This document shows positions 24,412 through 32,016 of a stretch of DNA of 64,000 bases, one piece after another (position 1 is the stretch's first letter; every line of letters begins with the position of its first letter). The position numbers were made by a program, and so were the translations under genes. The notes below the pieces were generated by a model. It had not been told where the DNA came from. It saw only the letters and a program-made list of their open reading frames with translations, and did no database searches. The DNA comes from Dehalococcoidia bacterium. Lineage in GTDB: Bacteria > Chloroflexota > Dehalococcoidia > Lucifugimonadales > Australimonadaceae. The DNA lies in assembly GCA_034422595.1 (NCBI GenBank), contig DAOUJO010000007.1, positions 212,040-276,039 of the forward strand, read 5' to 3'.

Positions 24412-25683
24412 TCACGAAGCGTCCGGCACATTCTCGTACGGGACCACGCAGGTTACGGTCGTGCCGTGTCCCGATTCGCCCGAAGACACTTCGAGCGTGC
24501 CTCCCATCTGCTCGGCGTCCGCTTCCATGTTCGTGAAGCCACGGCCGCGCTCCGCGTAGTCGGACGGAAGGCCGATGCCGTCGTCGGATATCGACATGTG
24601 AAGCGCGTCGTCCTGGAAGTCGAGCGTGATGGTTATCTTCCCGGCCGACGCGTGCCGAAGCGCGTTCGCCATCGCGTTATGTGCGATGGCGAAGAGCAGC
24701 CCTCGGGCCACCGTGGAGAGCGGCGGTTCCTCGCCGGAGCACACCACCTCGGTGGGGATCGAGGTGATGTTGGTGAAGGTCGAGGCGTGCGCCTCGAGCA
24801 CCGTGCCGAGTTCCCTGCCCCTGAATATGAGGTCGATGTCTATGGGGTGCCTCAGATCCCACATGGTCGATCTCGACAGTGCGTGCATCGCCTGGAGCCG
24901 GGCGATCTGATCTCGGTTCTCCGGGTCCTCGGCTTGTATGGCCGATTCGATACCCAGCCCAAGCACGTACGCAGACTGTGCAATGGTGTCATGGATGATC
25001 TGCGAGACACGGAGCCGTTCCATCTGGAGCTGGCGCTCCCGCTCCTGCTGACGCACCCGCTCGACGGCTTCCAGTCTCCTGATGCGTTCGAACCCGGAGA
25101 TCAGAGTGACCACTACCGCCACTCCGTACATGGCGGCGATCCTCGCGATCAGCACCTTCTCTTCCTTCGCAGCCATATCGAGCCCATCTCCGGTCATCAG
25201 TACCACCATGCTGTACAGGACGGCAGCCATCGTCACCCAGACGAAGCTGATCCTGAAAGAAGCGAAGACGACGGCGAACATGGCCAGAGCCGGGTAGTAC
25301 AGCAGGAAGCACAACGTCCCCAGCTCCCCACCCACGGCGACGCCCCCCGTGATCAGGGCCACGTCCATCGCACTCAACATGAGCAGGCTCTGCCACTTCA
25401 CGTCCCTGCCGGTCCGCAGCAGGAAATGGACGTAGGCGTTGTAGGACATCGCAAGCAAAGCGAGCAGGGTGTAAGAGACGTGGATGGCAAGCGAGTAGTC
25501 CGGGCGGTAAGCCATCAGGCCCAGGGCCACCACCAAGATCAACCAACGTCCCCACACGGAGACCGCCGCCGCGTGGCGCAGGCCATCAGGATCGGTCCAC
25601 TCGGCCATGCGAGCGCGCTGCGAAAGAGAGTCGATCGGGATGTTCATGGAGTCGAAGTCCTTGGGGGAGCAGGGTTCGCCCAC
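24412..25683 (-). CDS. Membrane sensor histidine kinase, HisKA_3 (NarX/DegS-like) class
   Basis: N-terminal half has about 5 TM helices. H-box IHDTIAQSAY. ATPase boxes ISDDGIGL and GFTNMEADAEQMGGTLEV. No response regulator is adjacent. Confidence 0.8.
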   Translation of the reverse strand: MGEPCSPKDFDSMNIPIDSLSQRARMAEWTDPDGLRHAAAVSVWGRWLILVVALGLMAYRPDYSLAIHVSYTLLALLAMSYNAYVHFLLRTGRDVKWQSLLMLSAMDVALITGGVAVGGELGTLCFLLYYPALAMFAVVFASFRISFVWVTMAAVLYSMVVLMTGDGLDMAAKEEKVLIARIAAMYGVAVVVTLISGFERIRRLEAVERVRQQERERQLQMERLRVSQIIHDTIAQSAYVLGLGIESAIQAEDPENRDQIARLQAMHALSRSTMWDLRHPIDIDLIFRGRELGTVLEAHASTFTNITSIPTEVVCSGEEPPLSTVARGLLFAIAHNAMANALRHASAGKITITLDFQDDALHMSISDDGIGLPSDYAERGRGFTNMEADAEQMGGTLEVSSGESGHGTTVTCVVPYENVPDAS

Positions 25684-25772
25684 GTACGCGGTTGCGCTAT
25701 GCCATTATCACACGGGTGTGCAAACCCTTACCCGGCCGGAGGACAGAGCGAGGTCGTTCTCAACGCGCTCCC

Positions 25773-26450
25773 CTAGCCCAGCAGGAGCGGTCCGACCTCG
25801 CTGACGTGCGAAACCTCATGGTCCGGCGGTTCGACGCCGTCCAGCCACGACTGCCCGTTCGTCACCCACGCGGTCGAGAGCCCTACCCCTTTCGCGCCGC
25901 CCATGTCCGCTGCGACGTCGTCGCCCACGAACAGCACTTCGCGGCTGGCAGGCATTCCGAGGCACTCGAGCGCCACGTGGAATATCGCGGGGTCGGGCTT
26001 CCGGCAGCCTGCCTCCTCGGAGACGATAACGCACCCGGTCAGCCCCTCCAGCCCGCGCGACCTGATCGTCAAGTGCTGCCCCGACGATGGTCCGTTGGTG
26101 ACGATGCCCCATGGCACTCCCGCAACGTTGAGGTCGTGCAGCAGCGGGAAGACGTCCGGGTCCTGCGGGAGGACGGCGCGCGACACCTGCAGGTACCACT
26201 CGGCCAATGCCTCGGGCGACAGTCCGATGCCAGGCCATTCTTCGAGCGTGCGGGCCATCAGCCGCTCCCTGCCCGCCAGGCCTCTTTCATCGAACGCGGC
26301 GAACTTCGCCTCAGCCTCGTCGGCGGACGCTGCGGCGCGCACGGCGGGCCACGTCTCGTGCAGCAGCCGCCCGGTCGCGCGTATCGCGCCGTCGCGGTCC
26401 CAGAGCGTGTTGTCGAGGTCGAAGAGCGCGGCGGTGTACAGGGGTGGCAT
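25773..26450 (-). CDS. HAD-superfamily hydrolase
   Basis: Motif I FDLDNTLWD. Motif IV FVGDD. Confidence 0.75.
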   Translation of the reverse strand: MPPLYTAALFDLDNTLWDRDGAIRATGRLLHETWPAVRAAASADEAEAKFAAFDERGLAGRERLMARTLEEWPGIGLSPEALAEWYLQVSRAVLPQDPDVFPLLHDLNVAGVPWGIVTNGPSSGQHLTIRSRGLEGLTGCVIVSEEAGCRKPDPAIFHVALECLGMPASREVLFVGDDVAADMGGAKGVGLSTAWVTNGQSWLDGVEPPDHEVSHVSEVGPLLLG

Positions 26451-27154
26451 CAGATAACTCCTCGGTTCATTTGCGCCTGCTCCGCTCCGTTGATCCCGAG
26501 CAGCATAGGCAGCAAGGCCATATCGGTGAACCGCACAACTCCCCTCCTGTCGGCGACGTCACACGTTGGGCTCGCAACGTATGCCAGTACCCTCATCCCC
26601 GCTGCCAGCCCGGCTTGAACGCCTGAATCGCTGTCCTCGACGACCACGCACTCCGACGGAGAGAACCCCATCGTCTCCGCGGCGTGCAGGAACACGTCGG
26701 GGTGGGGCTTGCGTCGCGGGACCATCCCCCCACTGAACAGCCGCCCTTCGAACCAGGCGTAGAGGCCCGTGAGCTTCAGCCGCTGTTCTATCGCAGGGAG
26801 AGAGCCGTTCGAGCCTACGCAGACCATTGTCCCCGAAGCGGCGACCGAACGCACTGCGTCAGCAACGCCAGGAACAGCACGGAGCCCATCTTCCACCGCG
26901 ACGCGTTCTGCTTCTTCGATAAGGCTCACTATGTTATCCGGCAACCGCACGCCCCAATGCTTAAGCACTGCATCCTGCAGGGTGTCAAACGAAACTCCAC
27001 GGAAGAGAGCGTGCAGCTCCTCCAACTCTGCTTGCAGGCCGTAACGTGCAAGAACAGTTCCCAGGGCACGCACGATCAGCGGTTCGCTGTCGACCAGCAC
27101 GCCGTCACAATCGAAGATGACCAGTCTGGGCATAGTCTGAGGATTGTTTGTCAT
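26450..27154 (-). CDS. HAD-superfamily hydrolase (beta-phosphoglucomutase/phosphatase-like)
   Basis: Motif I VIFDCDGVLVDSE. ATG 27154 is preferred to the TTG at 27187. Confidence 0.75.
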   Translation of the reverse strand: MTNNPQTMPRLVIFDCDGVLVDSEPLIVRALGTVLARYGLQAELEELHALFRGVSFDTLQDAVLKHWGVRLPDNIVSLIEEAERVAVEDGLRAVPGVADAVRSVAASGTMVCVGSNGSLPAIEQRLKLTGLYAWFEGRLFSGGMVPRRKPHPDVFLHAAETMGFSPSECVVVEDSDSGVQAGLAAGMRVLAYVASPTCDVADRRGVVRFTDMALLPMLLGINGAEQAQMNRGVI

Positions 27155-27213
27155 CGTTCGTTCCGGCGCGTAGCTGCGACTCCTCAAGGAGGAACGGCAA
27201 CCTGGTGCCTTCG

Positions 27214-27558
27214 CTATCCTCCGCCACTCAGCATGAGAACCATCAACGGCCAGAGCAATACAGAGAGGATGCCCTCAAGGCTGAACAGGTTGCCCATCCA
27301 CCTGTCGGAGTCCCAAAAGAAGTTTATGGGACCACCCCAGTAAGCCGGAACGATCAAGAATCCAAGAACGAGATAGGCGCCTGCTGAGACGGGGATGCCT
27401 ATCGGAATGAGGATTCTATTCCACCTCCACCCGCGCCATACATACGAGGGTGCCAACAGAGCGCACGAGAGCGTTGTCCACGCGACAAACATCGAGAGGC
27501 CAAAGAGAGGGCCACCGAAGTTCCGCGTGAAGAATCCATACGTCCAGAAGTCGTCCAT
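27214..27558 (-). CDS. Small hypothetical membrane protein
   Basis: 114 aa with 3-4 hydrophobic helices and no recognisable family. Lies in a lower-GC patch. Confidence 0.45.
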   Translation of the reverse strand: MDDFWTYGFFTRNFGGPLFGLSMFVAWTTLSCALLAPSYVWRGWRWNRILIPIGIPVSAGAYLVLGFLIVPAYWGGPINFFWDSDRWMGNLFSLEGILSVLLWPLMVLMLSGGG

Positions 27559-27662
27559 GGAACCCGCCTTCGCTCCTCAGCAGCCAACTTGTTCCCTGAC
27601 CGGGAGCAATCAGCTGTCCCAGTCTCGTCTTCGGTTCCGTAGGGTCCCGCCCACCGGGAAAG

Positions 27663-29183
27663 CTAGTCCTGGTGGTAGTACTCCAGGCCGAGGTGGGTGA
27701 TCTGCTCCTCGCCCATCATCCAGCGCAGCGTGTTCTTGAGCTTCGTCTGCTGGATGAACAGGTCGTGCTCCGGATAGAGGTTCCGCGCATGGTGCGGGCT
27801 CTTGAAGTAGAACGAGAGCCACTCCTGGATGCCGGACATCCCGGCGCGCTGCGCCAGGTCCATGAAGAGGATGAGGTCCAGCACGATGGGCGCGGCGAGG
27901 ATGGAGTCGGAGCAGAGGAAGTCAATCTTCATCTGCATCGGATGCCGCAGCCACCCGAACAGGTCGACGTTGTCCCAGCCCTCCTTGGCGTCCCCGCGCG
28001 GCGGGTAGTAGTTGATACGCACCTTGTGATAGGCGTCGCCGTAGAGGCCCGGGTACATCTCCGGCTGCAGGATGTGCTCCAGCACGCCGAGCTTCGACTC
28101 CTCTTTCGTGCGGAAGTTCTCGGGCTCGTCGAGCACTTCGCCGTCGCGGTTGCCGAGGATGTTGGTGGAGAACCAGCCGTTCAGCCCCAGCATCCGCGCC
28201 TTCAGCATCGGGCCGATGACCGTCTTCACGAGCGTCTGGCCGGTCTTGAAGTCCTTGCCGCAGACGGGTACGCCTCTGTCCCGCGCCAGCCGTTCGAGCG
28301 CGGGGATGTCGACCGTCAGGTTAGGCGCGCCGTTGATATACGGAACGCCCTCCTGCAGCGCGGCGTAGGCGTAGATCATCGACGGCGCGATGTTCGGGTC
28401 GCTCGCATGGAGCGCGGAGACGAAGCCCTCGATGTCCTGGTGTATCTCTTCCTCGGTAATGAATTTCTCGGTGGATGCGCACCAGATCATCACCAGCCTG
28501 TCGCAGCCGTTCTCAGCCTTGAACCGGCGCATGTCCTCGCGGATGGCGTCGACGGCGCTGAGCTTGCTCTCGACCGTTTTGACGTTCGCGCCCTCGATGC
28601 GCTTGGCGTAGTCCTGGTCGAAGACCGCCGGCATCGGCTCGATCGACCTGAGATAGTCCGCGATGGGTTCGATCTCGGCGTAGCGGTCGAGCACCCCTGC
28701 CCGGAGCGCCGCCTCGTACGCATTGTCCGGGATCGGGTCCCACGCGCCGAAGACCAGCTGGTCGAGCTCCGCGAGCGGTACGAACTCCTTGATGAACGGC
28801 GCACGGCTGTCAGTGCGCCTCCCGAGGCGGATCGTCGCCATCTGCGTGAGCGAGCCAACCGGCTCGCCGGAGCCGCGTCGTATGTGCTCGACGCCCGCGA
28901 TCACGGTCGACGATACGGCGCCCAGGCCCACCATCAGCACGCCGAGTTTCCCGTCCGCGGGTCCGACGCCATTCGAGACCGACTCCATGAAGTCACTCGG
29001 GTCGAGGCCGATGCCGCGCCTGCGGGCGAGGTCCATCAGCGTGCCGTGCCACTGCGCGGGGATCCTCCCCGTCCGCGCCCAGTGCTGCACGGTGCTCTGA
29101 CGCCTGCCCAGCAGTCCCGCGAGCGCGGACTGCCCTCCGAACCGGTCGATGATCTGCTTTGCGGTGTTGTGTTGTGTGCTCAT
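27663..29183 (-). CDS. Inositol-3-phosphate synthase (MIPS) family protein with an N-terminal Cro/YdaS-like HTH extension
   Basis: Residues from about 78 (KLGVLMVGLGAVSSTVIAGVEHIRRG...) to the end follow the bacterial/archaeal MIPS layout. Residues 8-60 (AKQIIDRFGGQSALAGLLGRRQSTVQHWARTGRIPAQW) look like a Cro/YdaS helix-turn-helix. Confidence 0.7.
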   Translation of the reverse strand: MSTQHNTAKQIIDRFGGQSALAGLLGRRQSTVQHWARTGRIPAQWHGTLMDLARRRGIGLDPSDFMESVSNGVGPADGKLGVLMVGLGAVSSTVIAGVEHIRRGSGEPVGSLTQMATIRLGRRTDSRAPFIKEFVPLAELDQLVFGAWDPIPDNAYEAALRAGVLDRYAEIEPIADYLRSIEPMPAVFDQDYAKRIEGANVKTVESKLSAVDAIREDMRRFKAENGCDRLVMIWCASTEKFITEEEIHQDIEGFVSALHASDPNIAPSMIYAYAALQEGVPYINGAPNLTVDIPALERLARDRGVPVCGKDFKTGQTLVKTVIGPMLKARMLGLNGWFSTNILGNRDGEVLDEPENFRTKEESKLGVLEHILQPEMYPGLYGDAYHKVRINYYPPRGDAKEGWDNVDLFGWLRHPMQMKIDFLCSDSILAAPIVLDLILFMDLAQRAGMSGIQEWLSFYFKSPHHARNLYPEHDLFIQQTKLKNTLRWMMGEEQITHLGLEYYHQD

Positions 29184-29244
29184 GGCAGGGCAATCTACCG
29201 ATAAAATCGTTAGGTGTCAAGCCGCCAACGCTCGCCGCGATTGG

Positions 29245-29250
29245 TATGAT
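29245..29250 (+). promoter_or_regulatory. Candidate extended -10 box (TGGTATGAT) 6 nt before the Rieske-2 ATG (leaderless-type)
   Basis: TTGGTATGATGCGCGCATG. There is no RBS. It lies in the 73-bp divergent spacer with the MIPS gene. Confidence 0.4.
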
Positions 29251-29256
29251 GCGCGC

Positions 29257-30555
29257 ATGCTGAGCCTCGAGGACAACGAACTCCTCACCCGCGTCGGCAG
29301 GGGCAGGCCGATGGGCGAGCTGCTCCGCCGCTTCTGGCACCCTGTCCTGCTGTCGAGCGAGCTGCCGGAGCCCGACTGCCCGCCGGTGCGCGTGCGGCTC
29401 ATGGGCGAGCGCCTCGTCGCCTTCCGCGACACGAGCGGCCGGGTCGGCCTGCTGGCCGAGGCCTGCCCTCACCGCAGGGCGAGCCTCTTCTTCGGGCGCA
29501 ACGAGGAGAACGGCCTGCGCTGCATCTACCACGGATGGAAGTACGACGTCGAGGGCCGCTGCGTCGACATGCCCAGCGAACCCGCGGGCAGCAACTTCGC
29601 CTCCAAGGTGCGCACGACCGCCTATCCGTGCCGCGAGACGAACGGCGTTATCTTCGCCTACCTCGGCCCGCCGGAGCTGCAACCGGAACTGCCAGGCATC
29701 GAGTGGCTCGGGCTGCCGGAGGGCCACGTCTACTTGACCAAGCGGTACGAGTTCGCGAACTGGGTGCAGGGACTCGAGGGCGGCATCGACTCCTGCCATT
29801 CCAACTTCCTGCACACCACCGTCCCGGCGTTCCGGCGGACGGCCGAGTTCTTCGACGGCCTCCGCGACAGGCTCCAGTTCGACGCGAGGCTGGTCGAATA
29901 TTTCATCAGCGACCTCTCTCCCCGCTTCTGCCTGCGCGACACCGACTACGGCGTGTTGATCGGGACGCAGCGCGACGCCGGGGAGGACAGCTTCTACTGG
30001 CGCATAACGCACTGGCTGCTGCCGCACGCGAACATCTTCGGAGGCGTGCGCGAAGACGGCCAGACCCGCCTCGGCAGAGGGCTCATCTGGTCCGCGGTCG
30101 ACGACCACACCACCGCCGTCTTCTCGGTCAGCTGGGCGCTGGAGTCGCCGCTGACGGAGAGTGAACGCGCCGCCTGCGAGGCGTTCAGCGGGGCCGTCGT
30201 TCCGGGCACGTCCATGATGGTGCAGACGATGGCCAACGACTACCTGATAGACCGCGAGCGGCAGGCGACGGAGACGTTCACCGGCATCGAGTCGCTCCAG
30301 GCGCAGGACCTCGCCGCCCAGGAGGGCATGGGGAGCATCGTCGACAGGACGGAGGAGCACCTCGGCTCGTCCGACTCTGCCATCATCCGCGTGCGCCGCG
30401 CCCTGATCCGCGCGGCCAGGGATCTCATGGAAGGCACCGAGCCCCCGCAGGCAACCCGCCCGGCCTCCTACAAGCTCCGTACCGTCGACCTCATCAGGCC
30501 GCGCGCCGACGGCTTCGACGGAGAGGAGATCGAGGCGCTCTGCCGGTTGGGGTAG
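29257..30555 (+). CDS. Rieske [2Fe-2S] oxygenase alpha subunit (paralogue 2)
   Basis: Internal ATG 29257 (MLSLEDNELLTRVGRGRPMGELLRRFWHP). Rieske motif CPHRRASLFFGRNEENGLRCIYHGWKY. Confidence 0.85.
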   Translation: MLSLEDNELLTRVGRGRPMGELLRRFWHPVLLSSELPEPDCPPVRVRLMGERLVAFRDTSGRVGLLAEACPHRRASLFFGRNEENGLRCIYHGWKYDVEGRCVDMPSEPAGSNFASKVRTTAYPCRETNGVIFAYLGPPELQPELPGIEWLGLPEGHVYLTKRYEFANWVQGLEGGIDSCHSNFLHTTVPAFRRTAEFFDGLRDRLQFDARLVEYFISDLSPRFCLRDTDYGVLIGTQRDAGEDSFYWRITHWLLPHANIFGGVREDGQTRLGRGLIWSAVDDHTTAVFSVSWALESPLTESERAACEAFSGAVVPGTSMMVQTMANDYLIDRERQATETFTGIESLQAQDLAAQEGMGSIVDRTEEHLGSSDSAIIRVRRALIRAARDLMEGTEPPQATRPASYKLRTVDLIRPRADGFDGEEIEALCRLG

Positions 30556-30569
30556 CACATCTCCACTAA

Positions 30570-30619
30570 CACCCGCCGCTTCCCTCATCGCCCTCTGCCC
30601 ACGTACCCTATGTTCATGC
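30570..30619 (+). repeat. Left copy of an about 50-bp imperfect direct repeat bracketing low-GC island 2
   Basis: ACACCCGCCGCTTCCCTCATCGCCCTCTGCCCACGTACCCTATGTTCATG. I counted 35/50 ungapped identities with 31796..31845. Confidence 0.55.
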
Positions 30620-31790
30620 AGTGGTAACGCCGTCGACAGCGCAGTGCTGACATCATATGCCGGAAGCCAAAGTCAACTCGTGTCAGGTGATTCGCGGCGT
30701 GCCACCAATGCAACTCGACACTCACACTGGGGAGCGACCGAATGACCAATGAGATTACAACATGCCGGATCTGGGGTGATGATTTCACAGCCGTCGGAGA
30801 AAACATCCCCGAGCTCGACAGGATTACAGTAACTGAGTCCCCTCGCGCAGGTGGAGGATACACAGTCTCTAGTGGCATCGTTCGACACCTCGACAATCTT
30901 GATGACGGAGGGAAGGCTCAGCTCACTTCTTGGTTAGTAGATCAGCGAGAGCAGGGAAATAACTGTCCCATTGTGACGGAGGAAGCAATTGAATACGCGA
31001 CCCGCAAGCATAGGCTTCCAGTTTATGAGCGTGCTGAAAGATTGCTTAAGTTCCTTTCCAAACAAACTATAGTAGCAGGAGAAGGCATTTCATTAATCAA
31101 ACACTCCAGGGGCTGGGAGGAGTTCCCTCAGAATTCAAACGGTCAGCCAATCTTTCCGGATGTGCCGACAAACCCGTTTGTGCTAGGTGCGATGGCTTGG
31201 TCAGAGTCCATTACAGATAATGAAGTTTCATATTTGGTCGACTACCTAGAGGATGAGGGTTGGGTACGGGAGACTTTCAAGCGAAGTGGTGTATTCTCTC
31301 GTTCGCATCGATATTTGGTCACTGTTGGCGGGCATGTCCGAATCTCTGAAGAGGCAGCCAATGTAGATTCTTCTCAAGTCTTTGTGGCAATGTGGTTCGA
31401 TGACTCCCTTTCGCAGGTATACGATGAAGGAATCGCACCTGCGATCTATGACTGCGGATTTGAGCCAAAGAGAATCGACCGCGATTCTACGGTCGACAAG
31501 ATTGATGATGCCATAATTGCAGAGATTAGGCGGTCACGCTTTCTTGTCGCTGACTTCACACATGGCGACGATGGAGCAAGAGGGGGAGTGTACTACGAAG
31601 CTGGTTTTGCACATGGTCGCGGCATTCCCGTTATCTTTACCTGCCGTGGCGACATGATTGAAAAGATCCATTTCGATACACGCCAATACGCTCATATCAC
31701 CTGGAACAGTACGTCTGAACTACGCGAAAGCCTACGCGATAGAATATTGGCGCGGATCGGAGAAGGTCCGACCATAGCGCAGTAGTGGGC
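30620..31790. other. Compositional (low-GC) island 2
   Basis: The 60-nt lines I counted are 38-52% G+C, against about 72% in a counted flanking line. Contains one ORF only. Confidence 0.75.
30742..31785 (+). CDS. Hypothetical protein: unassigned N-terminal region + winged-helix-like segment + C-terminal nucleoside 2-deoxyribosyltransferase/TIR-like domain
   Basis: 347 aa with GGGGAG RBS 8 nt upstream. The C-terminus VFVAMWFDD...RFLVADFTHGDDGARGGVYYEAGFAHGRGIPVIF fits the NDT/deoxyribohydrolase/TIR-like Rossmannoid pattern. SYLVDYLEDEGWVRE...YLVTVGGHVRISE is wHTH-like. Confidence 0.6.
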   Translation: MTNEITTCRIWGDDFTAVGENIPELDRITVTESPRAGGGYTVSSGIVRHLDNLDDGGKAQLTSWLVDQREQGNNCPIVTEEAIEYATRKHRLPVYERAERLLKFLSKQTIVAGEGISLIKHSRGWEEFPQNSNGQPIFPDVPTNPFVLGAMAWSESITDNEVSYLVDYLEDEGWVRETFKRSGVFSRSHRYLVTVGGHVRISEEAANVDSSQVFVAMWFDDSLSQVYDEGIAPAIYDCGFEPKRIDRDSTVDKIDDAIIAEIRRSRFLVADFTHGDDGARGGVYYEAGFAHGRGIPVIFTCRGDMIEKIHFDTRQYAHITWNSTSELRESLRDRILARIGEGPTIAQ

Positions 31791-31795
31791 TCGCG

Positions 31796-31845
31796 ACACC
31801 CGCCCCTTTCGCAGTCGTCCCCTGCCCGCGTACGCTGGTCCCATG
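31796..31845 (+). repeat. Right copy of the about 50-bp imperfect direct repeat bracketing low-GC island 2
   Basis: ACACCCGCCCCTTTCGCAGTCGTCCCCTGCCCGCGTACGCTGGTCCCATG. It begins 11 nt after the island gene's stop. Confidence 0.55.
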
Positions 31846-31890
31846 AACGGAGCGACGGATACAGGACGCCCACTCACCCCACCGGCGCGG

Positions 31891-32016
31891 GTGAGCAGGG
31901 ATGAGGCGGTTTCGGGTGGTTCTGAGCGGAAATGAGCTGCGGATGAGCGGTTTTGAGCAGTTGAACCGCTCATCGGAAGGGCCGGTCCCAGAGGTGGATT
32001 CCTGCCCGATGAGCGG
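31891..32016 (+). repeat. Array of helically phased nTGAGCGG motifs with an embedded perfect 11-bp inverted repeat
   Basis: TGAG cores at 31892, 31902, 31923, 31933, 31944, 31954 and 32010. An inverted copy has CTCA at 31969. Hairpin GATGAGCGGTT-N11-AACCGCTCATC spans 31942..31974. The shared 11-mer CAGAGGTGGAT is at 31989..31999. Confidence 0.7.

Noticed and set aside
28988-29183. Possibility that the HTH-like N-terminus of the MIPS gene is untranslated and the gene starts at the internal Met (28988)
   Set aside because: This is not fully rejected. I kept the long form because the extension reads as a well-formed Cro/YdaS-type HTH in the same frame, with no intervening stop. TSS or proteomic data are needed.
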